Source: an uncultured Chloroflexia bacterium
GTDB taxonomy: Bacteria; Chloroflexota; Limnocylindria; Limnocylindrales; CSP1-4
Reading direction: 5' to 3'
Assembly (NCBI GenBank): GCA_963731865.1
Contig: CAVSXG010000003.1
Span: 363,596-427,595 of the forward strand
DNA length: 64,000 bases
How positions within the stretch are numbered: position 1 is the first letter of the stretch; each line of letters begins with the position of its first letter. Shown here one piece after another: positions 15,158 through 23,629 of this stretch. The notes beneath the pieces are model-generated. The model did no database searches. It was not told the origin of the DNA and saw nothing but the letters and a program-made list of their open reading frames with translations. Both the position numbers and the translations under genes were made by a program.

Positions 15158-15188
15158 AACGACCCGCGGGCCGATCCCGCGGGTCGTT
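15158..15188 (+). terminator. Hairpin after dnaK
   Basis: Perfect 13-bp stem AACGACCCGCGGG/CCCGCGGGTCGTT. Confidence 0.7.
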
Positions 15189-15189
15189 C

Positions 15190-15240
15190 GATTCGCGGCC
15201 GGATTCGCGGGCCGGATTCGCGGGCCGGATTCGCGGGCCG
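15190..15240. repeat. 13-bp minisatellite (GATTCGCGGGCCG) x4
   Basis: Read directly; the first copy lacks one G. Confidence 0.9.
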
Positions 15241-15282
15241 GGCGACCCGCGGGGCCGCAGTCCGGCCGAAGTCGGGCCGTTT

Positions 15283-15459
15283 GTGCCAGTTGGTCCCCAG
15301 GCGGGCGTTGGTCACGCGTTTCGTGACAATCGCTCGCCATGCGGACGATTGTCACGCCCGGCGCGTTGAGTCCTCCGCTTGCAAGCGTGGACGATGGTCC
15401 GTGATCGGCCGCACACGGGAAACCCTGTGACGAGTGCCCGCCTCAGGAGCATCTGTCAC
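15283..15459. repeat. Cluster A of 33-bp imperfect palindromic repeats (15283-15315, 15323-15355, 15427-15459)
   Basis: GTGMC...GTCAC arms with exact 33-bp length; 7-bp spacer between the first two; the third is inverted and lies inside the nuclease CDS. Confidence 0.8.
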
Positions 15460-16119
15460 GAACCAGACGCCGTGCATGGTCCCGACGGGCGATCTCAACC
15501 ACCTCCGGATCGCCACGTTGCGACCCGGCAGGGCCGCTCGAAGGGTCGCTGCGTGGGAGTCGACGCGTCGCCGAGCGGTTCGATCGTTTGGCAGGACCAG
15601 CAGCCGCGTCACGGAGACGGCCCGCCACCCGCGGTCGCGTGCCACATCCCGCCCAAGCCGACCCTTTCGGTCGAGGGAAACCAGCATTGCCTGGAGGTCC
15701 GGGACCACCGATTTGACTTCGACGACCAGGAGCGAACCCGTCGCCGGATGGAATCCGAGGACGTCGATCGACCCACGTTCGCCTCGGATGTTGAATGAGG
15801 CCTCTGGCAGCGCCTCCCAGCCGTTCGCCTTGAGGAGAGCGACGGCATATTCGACGAGACTTGCGTGTTTGGCGTCGCGCAGGCGATCAAGACCCTCGCC
15901 CTGCCATAGGAGCCGGAGTTCGACCCTGGCTCCCAGGGCGGTGACAACGCTCTCGAGGGTATGTACGGCTACCCGATCGGCACCCCCTCGTTCGATGCGC
16001 CCAACGACCGGTCGAGACAAACCGGCCCTGACGGCCAGGTCATCCTGTGACCACCGACGTCGCAGGCGAAGCGCACGCACGCCAAGCCCGAAGCGCACGA
16101 CTTCCACGGAGAGGAGCAT
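15352..16119 (-). CDS. XRE-family HTH protein fused to a PD-(D/E)xK nuclease-like domain
   Basis: N-terminal RALRLRRRWSQDDLA..GLSRPVVGRIERG HTH; C-terminal EASF..GERGSIDVL..LLVVEVKS (E..D..ExK). Confidence 0.8.
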   Translation of the reverse strand: MLLSVEVVRFGLGVRALRLRRRWSQDDLAVRAGLSRPVVGRIERGGADRVAVHTLESVVTALGARVELRLLWQGEGLDRLRDAKHASLVEYAVALLKANGWEALPEASFNIRGERGSIDVLGFHPATGSLLVVEVKSVVPDLQAMLVSLDRKGRLGRDVARDRGWRAVSVTRLLVLPNDRTARRRVDSHAATLRAALPGRNVAIRRWLRSPVGTMHGVWFVTDAPEAGTRHRVSRVRPITDHRPRLQAEDSTRRA

Positions 16120-16191
16120 CGCGGGCAGGCATGCACCACGGCTTATCCCGCTCAGCTCGGAGCGGATAACACGTGACCTGGGCCGGACAGG

Positions 16192-17578
16192 TCAGCCGAG
16201 GAAGAGACGCACGTTGGGTGCCACGGCACCAGCGACCAGGACGACGGCATATCCCACGAGCAGCGCGAGCCCGGCAAGGAGATGCAGCTTGACGTTGACG
16301 CCCATGACGGCCATCAACCCGTACGGGTTGTTGTAATTGGGTGCGAGTCCGCGCGACACCTGGAGTGCCAGCGGGATCGTGACCAACATCAGCAGCGCGG
16401 GGACGGGCAGCAGCCCGAGGATCACGCCGACGGCGAGCGCCACGTAGGCGCCGGCGGCGGCCACGTTGTAGCCCGCGATCACGGCCCGCGGCGAGAACCG
16501 GACGGGGAGCGTCCGTTTCCCGGCGTGGGCGTCGCCGCGTCGATCGGGGATCTCGTTGACGTACAGGATGAGGGCGACGAGCAGGGCAACCGGGATCGAC
16601 GCCGCGAACGGCTCCCAGGACAACGCCCCACGCGTCTGTACGACGTACGCGCCGACAAGCATGAACGGACCAAACCCGAGCGCCACCGCGATCTCGCCCA
16701 GCCCGCGGTAGACGAACTTGAGCGGTGGCGCCGTGTACCCGAGGCTGACGACCAGCCCGACCACCCCGATCAGCAGCAACGCGGTCGAACCTCGCATGGC
16801 CAGGAGGGCGAGGCCGAGCAGGCCCGCAAGGACGTAGAACGCGGTCGACAACGCGGCCATCTGCCGAAGCGAGACCAGCCCGTACTGGATGACCCGCGAG
16901 CCGCCGCTGAACTGCGTCGGCGTCACGTTCGCGTCGTCAGCGCCCTGGATCGTGTCGAAGACATCGTTGGCCACGTTCAATCCGAGCTGGACGAACGACG
17001 CGGCCACGATCGTCAGGAGGGCGGCCACGAGATCGAACGAACCCTGCCGCGCCGCGACGAGGATCCCGAGCGCGACCGGAACGAGTGTCGCGGTCAGGAA
17101 CGGCAACCGGGTCGTGCGAAGGGTCAGGAAGCCAAGCGACAGGCGGGGCTTGACCGGCGTGCCACGTTCCGCAGACAGCGCATCGAAGTACTTGCGGGAT
17201 TTCCCGACGGACCGCTCCGAGTACTCGAAGAAGGGAACTTCGGCTTCGTCCCAGCCCCAGGCGTCCTTGGCGCGCAGGACGACGACGCCATCCTGGACCA
17301 GGGCCGGACCCCAGACGGTGACGTGTCGTCGCTGGTCATAGCCATACCCTGGCTGCGGTCGGATGTGGGATCCGGTCAGGGAAATGTCGTGGGTTGCCGG
17401 GATGGCGAAGCCGGCCGGTGCCGGAAATCGCGCCATTCCGGCCGCGGGGTCGATCCGGGCGTTGACCGCGACGCTGATCGGATACCCGTCAGCGTCAACC
17501 CACGTGGCGACCTGGAACGGATACGTCGCCAGCTTGTCGAGCCCCGCGCCGGGCATCGATCTCGGGGGTGCTGCGCAT
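16192..17578 (-). CDS. MenA/UbiA-family prenyltransferase with an extra ~135-aa N-terminal split-barrel-like domain; start probably the ATG at 17578 with a +1 error near 17555
   Basis: NVANDVFD, GGSR, YTAPP and NEIPD..D...GKRTL MenA motifs; TGATG coupling and GGAGG SD at the upstream gene's stop. Confidence 0.8.
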
Positions 17579-18060
17579 CACGCTGCCTCCGCATCGATGA
17601 GCGTCGAGGCCGGGGCGATCGTCGTGTCGCCGCCGGGCCAGAAGAGCACGCGGTGCGGAACGATCTCGATCAGCGCCCGCTCGAAGAACAGCGGCAGCGC
17701 AACCCGTGCCTTGAGGAACATGACGATCGACGGTTCCTTGCGCTCCCAGGTCGGCAGCAGCCGCTCCCAGCCACCGTGGGGATCCTCTTCGATCACCCGC
17801 GCATCACCCTGGATCGTGGCCCGATCGAGCGATCCTCCAACGGCCACCGGATCGGTGATCGACAACGAGACACGCGGGTTTGCCCGGATGTGCTCGAGCT
17901 TGCGGCTGAACAGCGTCGAAGACGTCAGGTAGATCCGCCCGCCGTCCCACAGCGGGATGAGCGGATAGGTGACCGGGCGCCCACGTCCATCGATGACGGT
18001 CAGCTCACCGACGAGCGCGGTCTCGAGCAGCCTTGCGACGGGGTCGGGCATGGTGGCCAT
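17578..18060 (-). CDS. Pyridoxamine 5'-phosphate oxidase-like (flavin/F420-binding split barrel) protein
   Basis: LTVIDGRGRP, RKLEHIRANPRVSLSI and IQGDA; AGGAG SD. Confidence 0.8.
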   Translation of the reverse strand: MATMPDPVARLLETALVGELTVIDGRGRPVTYPLIPLWDGGRIYLTSSTLFSRKLEHIRANPRVSLSITDPVAVGGSLDRATIQGDARVIEEDPHGGWERLLPTWERKEPSIVMFLKARVALPLFFERALIEIVPHRVLFWPGGDTTIAPASTLIDAEAA

Positions 18061-18185
18061 GGCGGTTCAGGCTCCTGGTTGCCGGGCGCTGGAAACACCC
18101 GTTGGCAGCGGGATCATACCACAAGAATGCTACCTGCATGTAGCATGTTTCAACACTCGAGTGGGCTGCGGTACGATGCGCCCCC

Positions 18186-19124
18186 ATGTCCGAGACACCC
18201 TCGAATGCGCTTATCCATGCCCGCCAGCTGACCAAGCGGTTTGGCGCCTTCACCGCCGTCGACGCCATCGACTTCGACGTTGCGGCCGGCGAATCGTTCG
18301 GGTTCCTCGGGCCAAACGGCGCGGGCAAGACTTCCACGATGCGGATGATCGGATGCACCTCGCCGATCACCGATGGAACGCTCGAGGTCATGGGCATGAC
18401 CCCGGCCATCCATGGTCCGCAGATCCGGGCACGCCTGGGGGTCGTCCCCCAGCAGGACACCCTGGACAGCGAACTCACGGTCCGCGAGAACCTCGTCATC
18501 TATGGGCGCTATTTCGGTCTGAGCCGGGCGGAAGTGGGCCGGCGGGCAGACGAGCTGCTCGAGTTCGCCCAGCTGACCGAGCGAGCCAACGACCAGGTCG
18601 AGCCATTGTCCGGCGGGATGAAGCGGCGGTTGACCATCGCCCGGTCGCTCATCAACGAGCCAACCCTCCTGCTCCTCGATGAGCCCACCACCGGTCTCGA
18701 CCCGCAGGCGCGACACCTCCTCTGGGATCGCCTCTACCGGCTCAAGCAACGGGGCGTGACCCTCGTCCTCACCACCCACTACATGGACGAGGCCGAACAG
18801 CTGTGCGACCGCCTGGTCGTCATGGACAAGGCCAGGATCGTCGCCGAAGGCAGCCCTCGCGAGCTGATCGATCGCTACTCCACTCGCGAGGTCACGGAGC
18901 TCCGCTTCCCGCCCGGGATCGCGGAGACGCTCGACGGACAGCTCGACGGGATTGCCGAGCGCGTGGAGCGACTGCCCGACCGGATCCTGCTTTACGCCGA
19001 CGACGGTGAGGCCGCGGCGGTGGCTGTCCATCAGCGGGGCCTGAACCCTGAGACGGTCCTCGTCCGGCGGTCCTCGCTCGAGGACGTCTTCCTGCGCCTG
19101 ACCGGCAGGTCACTGATCGACTAG
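18186..19124 (+). CDS. ABC-2 exporter ATP-binding protein (NodI/DrrA-like)
   Basis: GPNGAGKT, LSGGMKRR and LLDEPTTGLDP. Confidence 0.92.
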   Translation: MSETPSNALIHARQLTKRFGAFTAVDAIDFDVAAGESFGFLGPNGAGKTSTMRMIGCTSPITDGTLEVMGMTPAIHGPQIRARLGVVPQQDTLDSELTVRENLVIYGRYFGLSRAEVGRRADELLEFAQLTERANDQVEPLSGGMKRRLTIARSLINEPTLLLLDEPTTGLDPQARHLLWDRLYRLKQRGVTLVLTTHYMDEAEQLCDRLVVMDKARIVAEGSPRELIDRYSTREVTELRFPPGIAETLDGQLDGIAERVERLPDRILLYADDGEAAAVAVHQRGLNPETVLVRRSSLEDVFLRLTGRSLID

Positions 19125-19136
19125 GCGGAGATACCG

Positions 19137-19973
19137 ATGACCGCCATCGACCATCCGACATCGAGCGGCGCGCGGCCTGCGGCGGCGCGCCGCAGCTCGA
19201 CCGTGGGGCGGGTCTTCGAACATCGCTGGCTGCAGTATCGACGCACGTTTCGCGCGAGCATCTTCACGTCGTTCCTGTCCCCGGTCCTGTTCCTCACCGC
19301 GATGGGGCTCGGCCTCGGCTCGTACGTCTCGGACTCGGCGATCGACGATATCGGCGGGGTGTCCTACCTCATCTTTCTCGCCCCCGGGCTGCTGGCGGCG
19401 ACCGCCATGCAGGCGGCCTCGTTCGAAGCCACCTTCCCGATCATGGGCGGGCTCGTCTGGACCAGGATCTTCCACGCGATGCACGCGACGCCGATCTCGC
19501 CGCGCGACATCGCCCTTGGCAACCTGCTCTGGATCGGCGCCCGGCTGACCCTCATTTCGGCGGTCTTCACCGCGGTGATCGTGCTGTTCGGCGCGGCGTC
19601 GTCCCCGCTGATCATCCTGGCTATCCCGGCGGCGACCCTCACGGGCCTCGCATTCGCCGCTCCGATCGCCGCGTTCTCCGCCACCCAGAAGACGCCGGAA
19701 CGGTTCGCGGCCATCTTCCGCTTCGGCGTCACGCCGCTCTTCCTGTTTTCGGGCACGTTCTTCCCGCTCGACTCGTTGCCCGAGGCCGTTCGGCCGCTGG
19801 CCTGGATCACCCCGCTCTATCACGGGGGCGCGTTGACCCGCGGGCTCTCGCTCGGGACGCTGCTCGACGATCCGCTCCTCGCGCTGATCCACGTCCTGGT
19901 GCTTGTGGCATGCGTCGTTGCCGGGACGGTGGCCATGATCCACACGATCGACCGCCGGCTGGTGCGCGGATGA
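19137..19973 (+). CDS. ABC-2 type permease
   Basis: YLIFLAPG, FSGTFFP and TPLYHG; multi-TM. Confidence 0.88.
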   Translation: MTAIDHPTSSGARPAAARRSSTVGRVFEHRWLQYRRTFRASIFTSFLSPVLFLTAMGLGLGSYVSDSAIDDIGGVSYLIFLAPGLLAATAMQAASFEATFPIMGGLVWTRIFHAMHATPISPRDIALGNLLWIGARLTLISAVFTAVIVLFGAASSPLIILAIPAATLTGLAFAAPIAAFSATQKTPERFAAIFRFGVTPLFLFSGTFFPLDSLPEAVRPLAWITPLYHGGALTRGLSLGTLLDDPLLALIHVLVLVACVVAGTVAMIHTIDRRLVRG

Positions 19974-20770
19974 TCGCCCTGCGCCTGACCCCCGCCTGGT
20001 CGTTTGGCAGCCGTCGCTCCGCCCGACTGATCGAGCGGAACCTGTACGTCTACAAGCACAGCTGGCTCGTCCTGCTCTCCGGGTTTTTCGAGCCGCTCTT
20101 CTACCTGCTCGGGATCGGCTTCGGGTTGGGTGCCCTCATCGGGACGATTCCTGGACCCGGTGGCGTCGAGATCAGCTACCAGCTGTTCCTGGCCCCGGCC
20201 CTGCTGGCCAGCTCGGCGATGAACGGCGCGATCATGGAGAGCACGTTCAACTTCTTCTTCAAGCTCAACTACAACAAGACGTTCGCATCGATCCTCGCCA
20301 CGCCCTTGTCGCCGGGCGACATCGCCCTTGGTGAGCTCGGCTGGGCACTGATCCGCGGCGGCCTCTACGCAGTCGGGTTCATGGGCGTGATGGTCGTCTT
20401 TGGCCTGGTCGTCACGCCATGGGTCATCCTTGCCGTGCCGGCGGCACTCCTTCTGGGCTTCGCATTCGGGGCCGTCGGGATGGCGGCCACGTCATTCATG
20501 AAGACCTGGCAGGACTTTGACCTGATCCAGCTCGTGGTCCTGCCGATGTTCCTGTTCTCCGGCACGTTCTATCCGCTCGACGCGTATCCGGAGGCGTTGC
20601 GCGTGCTCGTCCAGCTCACCCCGCTCTACCAGGGCGTGGACCTCATCCGCTCGCTGACGGTGGGTCACATCTCGCCGATCCTCCTCTTCCATGTGGCATA
20701 TCTGGCCGTGATGGGGTGCATCGGGTTGGTCGTCACCTCGCGGCGCATCGACAAGCTCCTGCTGAAGTAG
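19970..20770 (+). CDS. ABC-2 type permease
   Basis: ATGA overlap with the previous gene; FLAPAL, FSGTFYP and TPLYQG. Confidence 0.88.
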   Translation: MIALRLTPAWSFGSRRSARLIERNLYVYKHSWLVLLSGFFEPLFYLLGIGFGLGALIGTIPGPGGVEISYQLFLAPALLASSAMNGAIMESTFNFFFKLNYNKTFASILATPLSPGDIALGELGWALIRGGLYAVGFMGVMVVFGLVVTPWVILAVPAALLLGFAFGAVGMAATSFMKTWQDFDLIQLVVLPMFLFSGTFYPLDAYPEALRVLVQLTPLYQGVDLIRSLTVGHISPILLFHVAYLAVMGCIGLVVTSRRIDKLLLK

Positions 20771-20788
20771 GCGAACGGTGGTCGCCGC

Positions 20789-21490
20789 ATGACTGACCTT
20801 GCGGCGCTCGATGCCCTGACGGCCGAGATCGTCGCCTGCCGCCGATGCCCGCGCCTGGTCGCGTGGCGCGAGCTGGTGGCCCGCGAGAAGGTCGCCCGGT
20901 TTCGTGAGGAGGCGTACTGGGGTCGCCCTGTCCCCGGATTTGGCGATCCTGACGCGCGGATCATGATCGTCGGCCTCGCGCCGGCGGCTCATGGCGGTAA
21001 TCGGACCGGCCGCGTGTTCACCGGCGATGCCTCGGGCGACTTCCTGTTTCGCGCGATGCACAAGGTCGGTCTGGCCAGCCAGCCGACCAGTCGCCGCGCG
21101 GACGACGGGCTTCGCCTGCCGGGTGCCTATGTCGCCGCCGCGGTGCGCTGCGCGCCACCCGCCAACAAGCCACTGCCTTCCGAACGCGACAACTGCGCGC
21201 CGTTCCTTGCCCGCGAGCTCGAGCTTCTGACGGGCGTCAGGGTCCTGCTCGCCCTCGGGGCCTATGCATGGGAGTCCGCGTTCCGGGCGATCGCGTCGAC
21301 CACTGGAGATGACCTCCGACCGAGACCACGGTTTGGCCACGGCGCGGAGGCGAGTGCTGGCCGCTACGCGGTGATCGGCTCATACCACCCGAGCCAGCAG
21401 AACACGTTCACGGGACGGCTTAGCGCGTCGATGCTCGATGCGGTCTTGAGACGTGCCATCGACCTCACGACCGCTCGGCAAGTTATGTGA
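20789..21490 (+). CDS. udgB: Family 5 uracil-DNA glycosylase (UdgB-like, Fe-S)
   Basis: CRRCPRL, GLAPAAHGGNRTGRVFTGD, RCAPPANKP and HPSQQN. Confidence 0.88.
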   Translation: MTDLAALDALTAEIVACRRCPRLVAWRELVAREKVARFREEAYWGRPVPGFGDPDARIMIVGLAPAAHGGNRTGRVFTGDASGDFLFRAMHKVGLASQPTSRRADDGLRLPGAYVAAAVRCAPPANKPLPSERDNCAPFLARELELLTGVRVLLALGAYAWESAFRAIASTTGDDLRPRPRFGHGAEASAGRYAVIGSYHPSQQNTFTGRLSASMLDAVLRRAIDLTTARQVM

Positions 21491-21531
21491 CATTGCATCT
21501 ATTGACAAATCACATATTGCAGTGTCATTGT
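21484..21531 (+). promoter_or_regulatory. AT-rich promoter with interleaved inverted repeats, candidate MarR operator
   Basis: TTGACA at 21502-21507; TATGTGA/TCACATA and TGACATTGCA/TGCAGTGTCA inverted pairs. Confidence 0.55.
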
Positions 21532-21570
21532 GTTCCCGACAGGGTTGACCGCCCAGACGGAGGCACGGAA

Positions 21571-21846
21571 GTGCACGACATCCTCATCCAGATCGAGACC
21601 GACGACTTCGCCGCCTGGGAGGAGCAGCACAATCTTCACGCTGCCAATCGGGCGAGCTACGGCATCGAAGATGGGCCGGCCTACCGGGACCTCAACAACC
21701 CCAACGCAGCCATGTTCCACATCAGGTTCGAGGACATGGATCGAGCCATGGGCTGGTTCCAGTCCGATACGTTCAAGGCCGCGACCAAGCTGGCAAAGGT
21801 CACGGGACGGACGCTGTACGACGCCCATCCTCGCAGCCGAGGCTGA
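21571..21846 (+). CDS. Small dimeric alpha-beta barrel (ABM/cyclase-like) protein
   Basis: GTG after GGAGG; DDFAAW, YRD..NPN and F.D...A..W..S pattern. Confidence 0.6.
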   Translation: MHDILIQIETDDFAAWEEQHNLHAANRASYGIEDGPAYRDLNNPNAAMFHIRFEDMDRAMGWFQSDTFKAATKLAKVTGRTLYDAHPRSRG

Positions 21847-21895
21847 CGCGCCCTCCCTGCCGGCCGGGACGAGGTTTCCGCTGGCGACGCGGCAA

Positions 21896-22420
21896 GTGAC
21901 CGAAGACGATCGCCTGGCAACCTGGCGAGATCTGCAATGGGCGACGAGTCTGATCATGAGCCGGTTCGCCCATGACCTGGCCGAGCAGGATCTGACGCTC
22001 GAGGAATTCGACGTCCTCGTGCACCTGGCATGGGCTCCGGATGGCGTGATGCCGTTGCGTGCCCTCGTGGCCTCGATGGTCACTGGGTACCAGCTGAGTC
22101 GAAGCGGCATTACGCGACTACTGGACAGGATGGAACGAGACGGCCTCGTCGATCGAACCCTGAGTCGCACGGATCGGCGGCAGTTCAACGTCGCCATCAG
22201 TGCCCAGGGCCGAGAGGTCTTCGACCGGGTGTGGCCGGGCCACCTGCAAGGAATCCAGCGCTACTTCTCCGAACCGTTGACCGATCCTGACGTGACGGTC
22301 ATGAAGCGTCTCCTTGCCAAGCTGATCCGCGCCAACGCGCCGTCCCTCGACCGTTCATCGAAGGCCGATTCCATGGGAACGCGACAGCATCGGGCGCTGG
22401 CCGAGGTGAAACTGCGCTAA
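21896..22420 (+). CDS. MarR-family transcriptional regulator
   Basis: LTLEEFDVL, LSRSGITRLLDRMERDGLV and DRR..IS.QGR; start approximate. Confidence 0.85.
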   Translation: MTEDDRLATWRDLQWATSLIMSRFAHDLAEQDLTLEEFDVLVHLAWAPDGVMPLRALVASMVTGYQLSRSGITRLLDRMERDGLVDRTLSRTDRRQFNVAISAQGREVFDRVWPGHLQGIQRYFSEPLTDPDVTVMKRLLAKLIRANAPSLDRSSKADSMGTRQHRALAEVKLR

Positions 22421-22513
22421 CGCGCGTCTGGCGGCTTGTCCCGCAAGGGGACTGATCGGCCTGTGGCGGCCTCCGGCCAGCGTGACGATCCTCCCGTATT
22501 CTTCTCGTCCCGA

Positions 22514-23629
22514 ATGGCCACCACCGAACGCGACTACTACCTGATCCTCGGCATCGAACGCGGGGCGACTGACGCCGAGATCAAGCGCGCCTATCGGAAG
22601 CTCGCCCAGCAGTGGCACCCCGACGTGAATGCCGATCCGGGCGCCCACGACCGGTTCACCGAGATCAACGAGGCGTACCAGGTCCTCTCGGACCCTGAAC
22701 GACGAGGCCGCTACGACATGTTCGGCCAGGCCGGTCTGGGTGGCGCCGGCGCCGGGTTCGAGGGCTTTGGCGGCTTCAATGACATCTTCGACGCCTTCTT
22801 CGGCGGCACGGCCGGCGCCGGTTCGGCCCGTCGTGGCCGGCCACAGCCGGGCTCGGACCTGCGCTACGACCTCCGGATCACGTTCGAAGAGGCGGTCAAG
22901 GGCACCGACAAACAGATCGAGTTTTCCGTGTTGCAGCGCTGCGAGACCTGCAACGGCAGCGGCGCTGCGCCCGGGACCGAGGCGATCGGCTGCACGCAAT
23001 GCGGTGGTCGCGGCGAGGTCCGGTCCGTCCGTCAGACGATGCTCGGCCAGATGGTCAACGTCACCGCGTGCCCGCGGTGTCGCGGCGAGGGCAAGGTCGT
23101 CGAGTTGCCATGCGATACCTGTCGCGGCGACGGTCGCACCGAGCGCCGTCGTACGCTCCAGGTCTCGATCCCCGCGGGCATCGACGAAGGTCACCAGATC
23201 CGGCTGTCGAACGAAGGCGAGGTCGGCCCGCGCGGCGGTCCGGCGGGCAGCCTGTACGTCGCGGTCCACGTCCAGCCGCACCCCTCGCTCAAACGGGAAG
23301 GCACCGAGCTGTTCTATGAAGCCGCGATCTCGATCGCACAGGCGGCGCTCGGGACGCGGATCACGGTCCCGACGGTGGAAGGGTCCGAGGAGGTCGAGGT
23401 CAAGCCAGGGACGCAACCGGACACCGAGATCCGCCTGCGCGGCAAGGGCGTCCCGCACCTCCGGCGCGGCGGCGCACGGGGCGACCTCCACGTGCTCGTG
23501 GACGTGGTCGTGCCAACCAAGCTCTCGAAGAAGGGTCGCGAGCTCCTCGCCGCGTATGCCGAAGAGACCGGCGAAACGGTCGGCGCGGGCGGATCGGGCG
23601 GGCTGCGCGAGAAGCTCGGGCTCGGTTGA
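22514..23629 (+). CDS. dnaJ: Chaperone DnaJ
   Basis: HPD J-domain, G/F region and four CxxCxGxG repeats. Confidence 0.96.
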   Translation: MATTERDYYLILGIERGATDAEIKRAYRKLAQQWHPDVNADPGAHDRFTEINEAYQVLSDPERRGRYDMFGQAGLGGAGAGFEGFGGFNDIFDAFFGGTAGAGSARRGRPQPGSDLRYDLRITFEEAVKGTDKQIEFSVLQRCETCNGSGAAPGTEAIGCTQCGGRGEVRSVRQTMLGQMVNVTACPRCRGEGKVVELPCDTCRGDGRTERRRTLQVSIPAGIDEGHQIRLSNEGEVGPRGGPAGSLYVAVHVQPHPSLKREGTELFYEAAISIAQAALGTRITVPTVEGSEEVEVKPGTQPDTEIRLRGKGVPHLRRGGARGDLHVLVDVVVPTKLSKKGRELLAAYAEETGETVGAGGSGGLREKLGLG

